Origin: Octopus vulgaris
Lineage: Eukaryota
DNA: 64,000 nt
NCBI GenBank assembly: GCA_951406725.2
Contig: OX597820.1
Location: 58,528,001-58,592,000 of the forward strand
Direction of reading: 5' to 3'
Under the pieces are notes generated by a model. It ran no database searches. It saw only the letters and a list, made by a program, of their open reading frames with translations, and was not told the origin of the DNA. A program made the translations under genes and the position numbers. Shown here in pieces: positions 39,450 through 52,454 of the stretch (the stretch's first letter is position 1; the number at the start of each line of letters is the position of its first letter).

Positions 39450-39850
39450 CCAGTGCTGGTGCCATGTAAAAAGCACCTAGTCTGTTCTGTAAAGTGACTG
39501 GCATGAGGAAAGGCATCCAGCTGTAGAAACCATGCCAAAACAGACCTCACCAGTGCTGGTGCCATATAAAAAACCATCCAGCCCAGTCTGTATAGTGGTT
39601 GATATTAGGAAGGACATCCAGTTGTAAAAACCACGCTAAAGCAGACCTCACCAGTGCTGGTGCCATATAAAAAACCATCCAGTCCAGTCTGTATAGTGGT
39701 TGACATCAGAAAGGGCATCCAGCTGTAAAAACCATGCCAAAGCAGACCTCATTGGTACTGGTGCCACATAAAAAGCATCCAGTCCACTCTGTAAATAAAA
39801 TGATTAGCATTAGGAAGGGCATCCAGTTGTAAAAACCATGCCAAAACAGA
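39450..39850 (+). repeat. Tandem ~100-bp amplification of a SINE internal module (4 units)
   Basis: ccagtgctggtgccat.taaaaa...aaggcatccag.tgta.aaaccatgccaaa.cagac repeated four times. Confidence 0.8.
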
Positions 39851-42002
39851 CGACAGAGTTTGGTGTTGTCCTCTAGCTTGCCAACTCCTGTCAAACCATT
39901 CAACTTATGTGACCATGAAAGGCAGTTATTTAATGATGAGGATTTTCTCTATCACCACCTCCAGCACTGTTACCTACCTAGAAAATTTGTACTGTATTCT
40001 TTACCCATAAAGAATCCAGTCAAGAATCCCTTCCATCTCAAACTTTGTACACAATACTCATTTACTTGCCTCCGCTCTCACATCTCAGTTATCTTTCCTG
40101 ATCTATTTTTCATGGTAACCCAATGCTGATGTAGACAACAACAAAGTTTTGCACCTGAAACAGAGAATTTCTGTTAGCATTTTGGTGGCTTAGTGTCTGT
40201 TTTCTACATCTTAAATCAAGAGAAATACAATAATGTTGAGGATGTTGATGACAAAAATAGCATTTGTCATCAAGTAAAAATTAAGCTCCATGTAGGATGT
40301 CACCAAGTTCCTCATAGTACTTATTGTTGTTCAATTGTCTCTCAAGGTCAGAACCTACCAAAAGTGGCTTTGCCAATCAACCCTCTAGAGTAGTAGTTCT
40401 TCATCTTTTTCTTGTTTTGTAAGCCACCACCACTATCCTTTTTAAGTAGTCATTATCCCTAGTGCCCACCTAAGTAGTGAGTGTGTTATCACAACTAAAC
40501 TAACTTCACATGGATAATAATTTATAAATTTTACTCTAAAAATGGATTGTATAAGCTTTTAACAGTGAAATGATAAGAAAAATTAATAAAGACAAAAGTT
40601 GTGAATTTGACTTCCCTGTGCCTGATGAATTCTCATTTTATTTTAATAACCATTACTAGTTTTATCATGTATAATATAATTACTACATAGATAAAATTTA
40701 GTATGTTAATTATGTTACCTCATCACCCCTCACCCCCTAAAGCCTAACTCCCCCTTCAGCATGTCCAGTGTCCCCTTAGGGGCAGTACTGCCTTCCTTGA
40801 GAACTTCTGCTCTTGGGTCAATAAAATAAGTACTTGGCATATATTGAAGTGGACACAATCAGTTACATCCCAGTTTCTTGGCTGAACTCACAAAAATTCC
40901 ATATTTTGTTCTTATTTGCAAATGTTCTTATTTTTACTTTGATGCATTACATTTATTGATCTTCATAGCATTGTTTCAGTTTGTTAAAGGGGTGTTGGGT
41001 GTGTCTTCAGTTTTGTTCCATAGTAAGATTGTTTAAAGCAAAACATGCAGAATTGTTTAATTTAAAAAAAAAATATATTTGATTGCTTTCTCCACTTTCA
41101 TACCTTACTTAATGGTGTTAAAAGAAACCTAATACTCAAACTTGTTACATTGTGTTAAAGAGTTGAATTATGTTTTCAATTTCTTTCCATGAATAATATT
41201 GTTGAAAGTGTAACAGGTAAACACCCATCGTTACAAGCAAAGTAATACTATAAATAAATAATGCCATGCAGTGGGATGGAAACTAAAATCATATAGTTGG
41301 GAAGCAAACTTCTTAGCTCACAGCCATGCTTTTGTGCCCCAACCACACACAAAAGAAACTGCTGCATAATTTCCATGTATGAAATTTCACTCACACAGTT
41401 GTGGAATAAAAACACCTGCCTGTACTACTGCACAGTGAGTTCAAACCACAACCACATGGCTACATTTATATACAAATGAGTAAAATCAGTGTCTTTTTGC
41501 AAGTAACTCTCTCTCTCTCTCACACACACAGCTAGACTTAAATGAATGCTCTTGTTATAACAGCAATAATCAATCAAAAAATAGTCATGTTTTGCTCAGC
41601 TTCATCCTGCTGTGGGAGCTCTGTTGTTTAATCACAAGGTCTTTTTAACACAAGATGGCTGAATGTATGTTTAAATGTACACATGTAAACTTACATACAA
41701 TTTTTTTTACTCATACACTATCCCTATAATTGTAAGTTCCCTTACATAAAGACAGGCATTTATTCACAGAAAAGGACACACATATTTAACCACACATGAT
41801 GTATTCATCATGTTTGTCTTGTAATGATGGAGTTCTCTCTTTTCACACCATCTGTTAATTGTATAGTTCTTGATGTGTTTATGTGTGTTTCTCAGGTTTT
41901 AAGGTTGATGTTCTGTAGAGCAGGGGGTTTTGAAATGATGAAATTAATTACTAAAATGTATGTATATAGAGACAGATGTATATATATGTACAAAAGCCAA
42001 TA

Positions 42003-42058
<56 letters not shown>

Positions 42059-44309
42059 AACATGTGTGTTCACACATAGTTATGATATTGAAAGTGATTG
42101 TGGTAACTAAACATTGTTTTTAGGTTTGTATGTATTTATAAAACAAGTAATGTGTGTGTGTGTGTTATATACAAGTAGCTGATGTCATCTGTCATTTCAA
42201 GTTCCATAAATACTTGATCAACCAATGGTCATCATGAAATTAATTTAATACCCACAGAACTTGGGTTTACAACAGATGATGACAACTGAATAAATATAAT
42301 TTTGCTTAACACCATATATTTATTACTTCTTCTGTTGCTCATTCTGTGTGTATACATAAATATCATCATAATCATCTTAACATCCACTTTTCCATGCTTG
42401 CATGGGTCAGACAGAATTTGTCATTATTGATGTTGTAGAGATGTATTGAGGTAGGAATGGGTGAAAGAGAGAGTGGGAGAGCATTAGAGAATATATATGT
42501 AGATAAAGCATTAACTCAAAGGATAGAGATGGTTGGAAGGATTTTTTATTTTAGCCTTTTCTTTTTTTTTTCTTTCTGGTTTGTTTGTCAATCATTAGAG
42601 CTAGTATTTTTACTGTTAATTTGAAGCTGATTTCTTAGTTGAAGCATTATTGGTAACAACACCCAATCATCAAAACACCCACTTCATTCAGTAAAACAGG
42701 ATAATGTAATTTTCACAGTGAGCTTCAGGAAAGAATTAATTATCCACTTTCCATCAACCTAAGTTTTCAAGAATTCCTAATGTTCTATATATTTTTTGGT
42801 TTCTAGCCAAAATCCTTCATCTGAAATGATTTCTGCATGTATTTTTCAGCCGATATTCCTTCTTCCACTTGGAAATTCAACAATGATTTTTTACAAGGTC
42901 TGTATCTTATGTAAGGCATCTTATTTATTGGACACATTCCATGCTGTTGCACTTGGCTTATTGCTCTGTAGATTCTGCTGCTTTCTCTCTTGCTTTCCTT
43001 TTTTCCACAAATCTCTCATCTATATTCCTTGTAAATAACATGCCACCCTTTAAATTCTTTGTCTTTCATACCTTATTTGCTAGCTCCAATCACTCTGCTG
43101 GAATGCATACTACTGATAGTAAATACAGAGGAAGAAAAACTGTCATGCTTTGACTAGTGCACCTTGCCCACTTCTGCTGTGAATGCATATGGGTAAAGAG
43201 ATGATCTTTAAATGTTGATAGAACTCATGGAAGAGGGTGACCCAGGGAGACATGAGATGAAGTAGTGAAGTCGACCTCAGGTTGTTGAGCTTTACAGATA
43301 TGGCAAATAACTGACACAAATGGCAATTCACTGTACTCAAGAAGACCTGTCCATCTCAGCAAGAATGAGTTCCTAAAAGCATATCATTAATATCTATGTC
43401 CCCATACTCAATCTGAACCTATCAGTTTCTCTTCACAACTCATCTTCCTAACACCCATCTCTCCCTCATCCCTCAAAATGCAACACTTTTTCTCAGCTGC
43501 TATAATATTATATGAGAACAGAACCGCACATATTCCACTCCATATTATGTGATACTAGTAATTCCTCTTATTGGAACTACTTCCCTTGCCACCCATCCTG
43601 CTTTCCCAACCATTTATCATTATATATCCACTGAACACACCTCTCCTCTGCTATCAACATCCATTTTTGTAACTCCCTATATCCACCTCTATGTACATCT
43701 AACCTCAGTCTATCACTGTGCATCTTCCCTCTCTCTTCTCTTCTTCACCTCTTCTCCCTATTTTTCATCTCTCTATGATTTTATTCTACCTTTGTTCTCT
43801 AACAACCCTTTCTTTTTATATACTGTTTTTCTGATGTGCTTACAATTCTGCTTGTTCACCACCTTGATAAAAATATGATATAGTATGTAAGTATAATATG
43901 TGTGTATGTATGTATATTGGCTGCCATGTAGACAATTCCCATGAGGGCATTTTCACCTCAAATATTTCTCTCATATTTTCCCCCTTATGTTTCCTCATCT
44001 CATTTCTCTTTTCACTCTACATCCTATTCTGAGGAAAGGCAATGTAAAGTAGTTGGCATGAGGAAGGACATCCAGCTGTAGAAATCTTGCCAAACCTAAA
44101 TCTCATGTGGTAGACAATGGAAGCCCCAGGCTAGTCAAATCCTGTGAAACCATCTAGCCCATGGAACATGGATGTTAAATGATGATGATGGTATACACGC
44201 AACAGGTTTCCACATAGTTTTTCTCTCCAATATTTACATTTTTGTTGATATACATCGGCAAATCATACACACATGTATGTAAAATATGAAGTATCAATAG
44301 TGATACTTA

Positions 44310-44700
44310 TAGGCGTAGGAGTGGCTACGAACTACATGGTTCCAGGTTCAGATCCACTCTGTGGCACCTTGGACAAGTGTCTTCTACTATAGCCTTGGGC
44401 CAACCAAAGCCTTGTGAGTGGATTTGGTAGACGGAAACTGAAAGAAGCCTGTCGTATATATGTATGTGTGTTTATATGTTTGTGTGTCTGTGTTTGTCCC
44501 CACCCAACATCGCTTGACAACCGATGCTGGTGTGTTTACGTCCCCGTAACTTAGTGGTTCGACAAAAGAGAACGATAGAATAAGTACTAGGCTTACAAAG
44601 AATAAGTCCTGGGGTCAATTTGCTCGACTAAAGGCAGTGCTCCAGCATGGCCACAGTCACATGACTGAAACAAGTAAAAGAGTATAAAAGAGTAAAAGAG
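44310..44700 (+). mobile_element. CORE-type SINE; relatives at ~19950-20320, 20715-20880, 22880-23280, 61625-61950
   Basis: tRNA-like head (ggttcag..cc), CORE-like ggcaccttgg.caagtgtcttc, (GT)n interior, gactgaaacaagtaaaag tail. Confidence 0.8.
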
Positions 44701-44902
44701 AGTGAAGCTTCAGCTCAAAACAAATGAAGAAACCTTCCCACTTTTACTGAGTACATTTTTCTTTCTCTCATTTGAAAAGTGCACACACACACATATGCAT
44801 GCAAGCACATATATTTAAGCATGGCTGTTGCACATACATATCTCCTCATTATACCAATCTATGTGTTTGTTTGTATTTATGTACTCATATGTATAATGTT
44901 GA

Positions 44903-44944
<42 letters not shown>

Positions 44945-45033
44945 TTAAACATATTAAAATAGGGTAATAATAAATTATTATTACCAGTGGCCTAGCACAA
45001 AAAACGAATTAGTCATTAGACTATATATTATTC

Positions 45034-45247
45034 ATATAGAAATACAATAAGAGGCTTCCAAATAGGAAAGCGTTGTGCTAGAAAGAGCAGTAGAAATCTC
45101 AAGACCACAAAAACGGATAAATTCACGAAAGGAATGGAAATTAAAAACGTTTACCATCTCGTAGAAATCTCAGTGGTCTTGAGATTTCTACTGCTCTTTC
45201 TAGCACAACGCTTTCCTACTTGGAAGCCTTTTATTGTATTTCTATAT
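45034..45247. repeat. 75-bp near-perfect inverted repeat with 64-nt spacer
   Basis: 45034-45108 vs 45173-45247, two differences by eye. Confidence 0.92.
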
Positions 45248-46879
45248 TTATATATAGGGATGCACACACATCAGTGTGTTTGTGCATGATAAATTTCTAA
45301 ACCATATTTTACCAGCTGATACTGAAGCACTTATTCTCCAACTTAGGTTTGTATTGCTATTTTTCTTATTTTTTATTTGCTTTGCTCTGCAAGGCATTAA
45401 CCATTCCATCCGTTTTCAGATCACTTGCTATCTACCTGTGTTTGGTGTGTGTATATATATCTTTTTCTCAGTGCACATTGTCTTTCAGAAGCTAAAGATG
45501 ATTGCATGGTCCTTTCATCACTCATTCATACATATTACAAGCACACACACACACTTTAATTCTTATACATATCATGACCAAATGAATAAGGCTAAAAAGG
45601 GCACCAATCTGTAAAGATGGATTCATCATCATCATCACCATCATCATAATTTAGCAATCATATTCCATGCTGACATGGACTGAATGGTCTGGTAGGATCA
45701 AACACATCAGAGAGTTGTGATGAGTTTTATTGGTTCCTATTGCTGGATGCCGCCTTCCTAATACCAAATTACCAATTACTTCAGTAAAATATCATCTTGC
45801 CCTTGGTTTCAGTGAAATGGCTATTAAACAATAAATTCTGTTTCTACACTACATTTGAGAAGATCCACTTTGATATTGTTGATGAAGAAATTATGGCCAA
45901 ATGATTATGCTTGAAGACACTCACCTGAGATGGCATGCAGTCAAATCAAATACTGCTGCTCCTCTGATCCACTGTTCATATCTTCTCATGCTCACCTGCT
46001 TGTGCATTGAGTATTTGCTTTGGCACCCCATTACTATCATCTTTATCTTCTTCCCAGTTATTCTCACCTATCCTTATACAATGCAAGAGAGCCATGTACT
46101 ATCTCTCTAGCAAGGCACCTGTGCTTGTTCCTCTGTCATACTTTAGCCTCTCAACATCTGGCTTAAAGCCACCTCCCCCTCTTAAATACTCCCACTTAGT
46201 TGAGGAGACTTTTCTCTGTCCTTTTCCAGTCTTGCAAGATATTTGGCAACCTAACTAGTGCCAGTGATACAAAAAAAAAAGTATCCAGCCATAGAAGTTG
46301 TACCAAAGCTGACTTTGAAGCCCAATGTATCCAACCATCTAGCTCAACTGGATCCTGTCAAACTGTCCAACCCATGCCAGCGTGGAAAACAGGCATTAAA
46401 CAATGACAACAACGAGAGGAGGAGGTGTATGGTTGCGAAATAAACTTCTTGACCATGCAGCCATGCCTGCACTCCTTTCTCTCTGTCTGTGCATTCATCT
46501 GTGTCTCTTCCTTCTTTGATCTGACAGGAATTACTTCTCCTATGAATAAATCTCATTGTCAACATAAAGCACCTTCTCACCCATTACTAATTGCACTGGA
46601 TGTGTAGGTGCTTAATCATAACTGCACACCAGATATCAGATAACAAAGAAACTTTTGGAATGCCACTTAAAAGAGAGACAGACAGACAGAGGTGTGTGGG
46701 TGGAGGGAGAATGTGAGAGGATAGTGTCTTGTCTAAGGAAGAGATTTTAGCTTTCCACTTAATTAACACTGGCCTCTAAAAGCCATCCGTAGCTTTCTGA
46801 AACATTAACACTTATTTGTTTGCATAGACTACTTAGGTTTTTAAAAAATCGACATTGGGGCCTCTAGAGCGTACCTAAC

Positions 46880-48045
46880 TAGGTAAAATTTTACAAGTGC
46901 ATGCCCACGTTTTCCACCACAAAAAAAAAAATACACAATATCTCGCGTGGAGTCAACTCCCCTGACCTCCTACTTTCTCACAGATCTTTTATTTTGGTGG
47001 TTCGGAAAAAAATGGGTGGGGGCGGATTTTTTGATAAAATTTCTCTTTTTCTTTTTTTTTTTCATAGAATAAATTACGGTGAGCTCCTAATATGCTACAA
47101 AATCTTTTTTTCTTTTACCCTGAAAGTGGGGTGGCGGGGTTAGCTCTCTGAAATTTCATGCTCTCCTCCAAATTTCACAGGCAAAACTCTCCCTCCCCCT
47201 TTCACAGGGAAAATGTTTTGGTAAATTTTTACACGAGGGTCAGTACATTGTTCATGGGAACCTTTCCAGTAGCACTCGTCCTTTTAGAAATAACAACCAA
47301 ATTTCCCTGGCCACACTGCACCATCTTTGTTGAGCGAAACATAACTGTACAGTTTTCTATCATTATCTTTTGTGTGTGTGCATATATGTGCATACACACA
47401 CACACACATAAGAATATACACTTATATACACACATACATATATAGATATATACATGCACATATATAGATATACACACACACACACATATATACACACACC
47501 TATACACACAACATGCACGCACACAAAAAGATAAAGAAAGAATATTGTATGGGTATATTTTGCTCAACAGAGACAGTGCAATGTGGCTAAGAAGATTTGG
47601 CTGTTGTTTCTAAAAGGACAAGTGCTACTGGAAAGATTCCCTTGCCAACAAGTACTAACCCTTGGGTAAAAATTTGCCAAAAAACTTTTCCTTGTGAGAT
47701 GGGGGGGGGGGGGGCAGGAGGAATATCCCTGTGAAATTTAGAGAGGGAGTGTGAAATTTCCGAGGGTTCCACTCTACCCAGCCTCTGTTTTCCAGACAAT
47801 AAATAAGAGTTTTGTGGCATATTAGGAGCTCACTGTAATTCATTATACAAAAAAAAACATTTTTTCCCAAAAAAATCAGGTTGGAGATGGGTGGGGCGAG
47901 CCCTCCCCCCTTTTTTCCTAACCACCAAAATAAGGAATTTGCAGGAAAGTAGGAGGTCAGGGGAGTTGATTCCATGTGAAAAACCATGGGCTTTTTTTTT
48001 TTTATCAGTGAAGAGTGTGGGGATGTACTTGTAGAAATTTACCTT
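46880..48045. repeat. Large diverged inverted repeat (~420-bp arms) around a CA/TA microsatellite
   Basis: 46880-47300 is the reverse complement of ~47600-48045 (e.g. ctttccagtagcactcgtccttttagaaa vs tttctaaaaggacaagtgctactggaaag). Confidence 0.85.
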
Positions 48046-49202
48046 AACAAGGTCAACCTATATTAATCAGAAATATAGATTGTCGTGTGACTCATAAACC
48101 TTCTCGCAACTTAGACCATCCAAAGGATGGGTGCATTTGCTAGTTTGGGATAATGTTAGCCATGGTACTTATAAGGTTGAGGACCCTTGGTGAAAAAAAA
48201 AAGCTTTCATTCCAGTTCAACACTGAGTGTGTCATCAGTATTTTCCTTTCTTGCTATTGCTGCTGCTGCTACTACTGCTGCTGCTGCTGCTGCTGCCATT
48301 GTTACCACTACCTCCACCTCCACTTCCACTATTACTACTAATTCTACTTCTACTACATAACAATCGTTGAGTTACGTCACACCCTTTTTAGTTTGTTTGT
48401 TTTTGCTGTTGTTATTTTCTTAGTGAGTCAATTTCTTTTCTAGAAGATATTTCATTTCCTTTGTCGTGATGAGGTCTTTTGGGGGTATACCCTGAAGGTG
48501 AGAGGTGAAAAGAAGTGAACAGAGACAGAAAGATTGTGGATGGGTTGAGGTTCTGAGAATGTATAAGGGAATGATATATGGAGAATGCATAAGGAGAAGT
48601 TGTTTATATCTGTAAAGGTTGGGTAAAGTTAAAGGGTGGATGTTATGAGTGATGGATAAAGGATGGGGACTGACCAATGATACATGAGTTGGAGGCAGAA
48701 GAGAGAGTAGGAGATGACTGTCAGTGCAGCCAAAAGAGAACAGCAAAATTGTAATCATGATACAAGAGACAGGAAGATGAAAAGTGAGATATATGTTAAG
48801 TAGGTTGCATGAGTGGTGGGGAGGCAGGTGTAGTGCATGTGGAGAGCAAGAGATTTACAGTGGTGGAGAGATAATTTGGTAGCTCAGAGGGGTAGGTTTT
48901 ATCATTGTAAAATCTGAGTAGAGAGGACAGTATTAATGGATGAAGGATGGATAACAAGTGAAATGGTGCCAGATAGTAAGAAATATATGGTATCAAGGGA
49001 GAAGTGTTGTTAGAGAGATGATGAGTGGTGGAAATATCATGAGGAAGAAGAAATTAGGTGAAGGGCCCAGACACACACTCTTACTTCAACTTTTTCCTCC
49101 TCCCACCCTAAACACACCAAGTTCTCCATCCCCTATTCCCAATTCTTCCATCTATGCAGGCTCTGCAGTGACAACCATGACTTTGAGACTCATTCTCAAC
49201 TC

Positions 49203-49745
49203 TTGGATTTCCCATCACCACTATCCACACCACCCTTGCCAGAGCACGTTCCGAGGACCGTGCGTCTGCTCTCTCCCCCGCACCCGCCCCGCTGTCATCC
49301 ATCTTCCCTCACCTACCACCCCACCACCCTACCTCTCCAACACACCATTTTCCGAGCCTTCCCGCGACTCCAGTCCGACGCCTCCACTTCACACATCATC
49401 CACACACCTACACATGCACAGACGCATACGTCAAGGTCATCAGCCCCCTTCCACACGTACATACACATGCATGCGCACCTTCGTTTTGGGATCACCACTA
49501 CTTTATTATATCCCCTTCTTCCTAGCTCTCCTGTGTGACCCCTCTGTCTGGCATTCACCATGATAGATCGCTAGTCACTAAACCTTTTTCTATTTTCTTC
49601 CCCTGTTTATTTCTGTGTTCCTTTCTTTCGATGAGCATAGGCTCAAAAAGTAAAAGACTTTCTCACTTCCTGAGCATTAAACTAATACATCTGTTTGTTG
49701 TTTGCACACCGGTCTTCGTCTTTTGTTTTTTTGTAAATTCTCATG
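49203..49745 (+). mobile_element. Penelope-like element 3' remnant
   Basis: peptide LTYHPTTLPLQHTIFRAFPRLQSDASTSHI resembles the PLE post-RT linker; degenerate hammerhead-like motif near 49621-49660; ends in (TA)n. Confidence 0.55.
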
Positions 49746-49804
<59 letters not shown>

Positions 49805-49989
49805 CAAAAATAGATGGGATGGTCACAGCTGGAAAGCCTATGATTGTAGGTGTGTTTGATTATAGATCAGGGTAGACAGCTACATCAAAAGTTTTATTTC
49901 TAATGAATCAAATTGTTTAATGTTTATTGTTTCTCCTCCCTGACATTACAATTATTGTCTTTCCTTTCTCAAACTTTTATGATCTCTAG

Positions 49990-50171
49990 GTGGCAGTACT
50001 GATGATCTCCCTATCAACAAACATCAAATCCATGAAGTGGCTGAAGGTTTGGGTCATGACTGGAAAAAATTAGCTGTTGAGCTGAATTTCTCTGATGATG
50101 TGATTGCACAGTTTGATAGTGAAAGCCACGATGATACTCAGAAAGCATTAAAAATGTTGACATTATGGTTT
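49990..50171 (+). CDS. THOC1: THOC1 exon, death domain N-part: (S)GSTDDLPINKHQIHEVAEGLGHDWKKLAVELNFSDDVIAQF...ALKMLTLWF
   Basis: ctctag acceptor, gtaagt donor; death-domain pattern LGxxWKxLAxxL...MLxxW; phase 1-0 fits the previous exon. Confidence 0.93.
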
Positions 50172-50225
50172 GTAAGTATTTCAAAATGGTGGCTTTAACC
50201 ATTTTCTATTTTGTAAAGAATTAAC

Positions 50226-50680
50226 CACACTGTTAACTGTGATATGGAGAGCCTCACAATACTGTTTACTGCAGCATAAAACCTCACAATACTGTTAACA
50301 GTGGTATGGACCTCACAACACTGTTTACTGTAGCATAGAACCTCACAACACTTTACTGTAGCATAAAACCTCACAATACTGTTTACTTTTGCATAAAACC
50401 TCACAACACTATTTACTGTAGCATAAAACCTCACAACACTATTTACTGTAGCATAAAACCTCACAACACTGTTTACTGTAGCATAAAACCTCACAACACT
50501 GTTTACTCAAACATAAAACCTCACAACACTTAACAGTGATATGGACTTCACATTACTGTTAACTGTGACATGGAGCCTCACAACACTGTTAACAATATGG
50601 ATCTCACAACACTGTTTATTGTGACATGAATCTCACTACATGGTTTACTATGACATGGATTTTGCAACACTTTTACTGTG
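50226..50680 (+). repeat. 30-bp minisatellite (aaaacctcacaacactgtttactgtagcat)
   Basis: about 15 units, homogeneous centre and decayed edges; explains the VRFYATVNSV repeat ORF. Confidence 0.9.
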
Positions 50681-51338
50681 ATATTAATCCTTTTGTACGA
50701 TATTTCAGTTAAAACACACTGCTTGTGTTTCAATTAATTTTTAAAATAATGAAGAATTTAGTAAAGTAACTTTGTCATTGTTAAGTTGGTGTTTGGAGCA
50801 TAAATCAACATGAACTTTTGATGTAAGGTTTTAATGTAATTCACTTTAACCCTTTAGCATTCAGATTGCTCTGTCGAATGTAATATCTATTTATTCACAT
50901 TATTTTGAATTAACAATGCATTATCTTGTAGCTTTGAGATTTCAGTGGTGTGATTCCCTTATTTTTAGAATGATATCCTCGGGTAGATGTGAGAATTCAG
51001 ATCTGGTCTGTGTTAACATAAAGCTTGTAGGATATTTGAGCCAGATATGGCCAATTTAAATATCAAAGCATTAAACATATCAAATAACTAGAGCTGGTCT
51101 CAGGCAGGTTAGTACTAAGAGTGTTAGACCTTGCAGCACTCTTTGCAGTAACAAACTTTACGACAACACTGTTTAATGTAACATTAGATTCAAATGTTGG
51201 CATAAGTCTAGCAATTTTGGGAGAGGGGTTAAGTATATTACAGTGTCTCCAATGCTTGAGTGGTACTTATAGTTTATCAACCCCAAAAGGGTGAAAGGCA
51301 AAATTGATCCCAGCAGAATTTGAACTCAGAACACTGCC

Positions 51339-51463
51339 TTAACCCTTTGAGCCCTGAACTCCTGAACCTTATTTTACCATACACCTGGCATCCACAGGTG
51401 CTATGGTATAGAGAAAAATAAGCCATCCACCGGTAAACCTGTGTTACAGGCTCAAAGAGTTAA
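51339..51463. mobile_element. Small piggyBac-type MITE
   Basis: TTAA-ccctttgagcc ... ggctcaaagag-TTAA. Confidence 0.7.
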
Positions 51464-51619
51464 TCTGTTTAATTTTAAAACTCATCGCATTTTGCTGTGA
51501 TAGAACCTTACAACCCTATTTACTGTAAAATAAAATTTGACAGCACTTATAAAATTTCTTTGTCTTTTCCTTACTGTTAATTTAATTTCTGTTCTTTTTT
51601 TTCTCCTTTTAAAATAAAG

Positions 51620-51730
51620 GAAAACGAGGCTGAACATGCCACTCCTGGGTGTCTCCGTACAGCTTTGAATGAAATTGGATTGCTTGAAGTGGCCGACCAA
51701 GTATTTCCTGATATTGAAGCAAGTAACTGA
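51620..51730 (+). CDS. THOC1: THOC1 last coding exon: ENEAEHATPGCLRTALNEIGLLEVADQVFPDIEASN*
   Basis: polypyrimidine tract then aag acceptor; matches EGVHATPENLINALNKSGL; TGA at 51728-51730. Confidence 0.92.
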   Translation, partial: ENEAEHATPGCLRTALNEIGLLEVADQVFPDIEASN

Positions 51731-51782
51731 TGAAACACATCCATGTCCTCTGCCAAGGTTTCAACAGTTTCATTTCAAGGGA

Positions 51783-52190
51783 CTGGGACAATATTACCAT
51801 GTTTTATATTGTCCCATTTTATTCAACAGATAGATGAAATGGGACACTACTTTTTCTACCATCACTACTACTACTACCATGTTTTATATTGTCCCATTTT
51901 ATTCAACACTTGAATGAAACGAAATGATGCTATTATGTTTCATACTTGCCCACCAGATTGAAATGGGACACTATTACTACTGTATTTTATATTGTCCCAT
52001 TTTATTGGACAGTTGATAAAAATGGGGCATTACTGTTATGTGAAAAAGTATTCCATTTTATTTGGTATTGGGGTGAAATGGGACATTGTTACTACTATGT
52101 CTTATGTGGTCCCACTTTATTGAATACTGGATTAAAATGGGACATTACTGTTATGTGAAAAAGCATCTCATTTTATTCAACACTGTTTCA
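51783..52190 (+). repeat. Tandem ~60-65-bp palindromic units in the THOC1 3' UTR
   Basis: repeated tgtcccatttt ... aaatgggaca pairs (e.g. 51810-51820 / 51837-51846). Confidence 0.8.
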
Positions 52191-52448
52191 ATCCACTGAG
52201 CAAGAGTGAATATTTGCAGTGTTAGCTGTATATCTAGTAGGATTCCATTTAATCCAGCATCATTTTGTTCAGCTCAACCTGATCTTATTAAATGAAATTT
52301 AAAAGACAGATTTGTAGCTTAACAGATCCGGAATAATATTATCTATAAAAAAGAAACTGAAAAAAAAATACAAAACAAAACCTGTTGGACTTTTTATACA
52401 TTTTTCCAGGTTATCTATCTCATAAGTTTGATCAAACAAAAAGAAAAA

Positions 52449-52454
52449 AATAAA
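52449..52454 (+). terminator. Candidate THOC1 polyadenylation signal
   Basis: AATAAA ~720 nt after the stop, followed by T/GT-rich sequence; an ATTAAA also occurs near 52288. Confidence 0.45.

Noticed and set aside
48958-49563. 201-aa Pro/Ser/Thr-rich ORF
   Set aside because: Low-complexity alternative frame over a Penelope remnant; not a host gene
49621-49660. Hammerhead-like gagc-atag-gctc hairpin in the sense Penelope remnant
   Set aside because: CUGAnGA and GAAAC cores are both mutated; not called functional
50195-50680. Regular repeat resembling a CRISPR array, or a repeat-protein ORF
   Set aside because: Contiguous units with no unique spacers, no cas genes, eukaryotic intron
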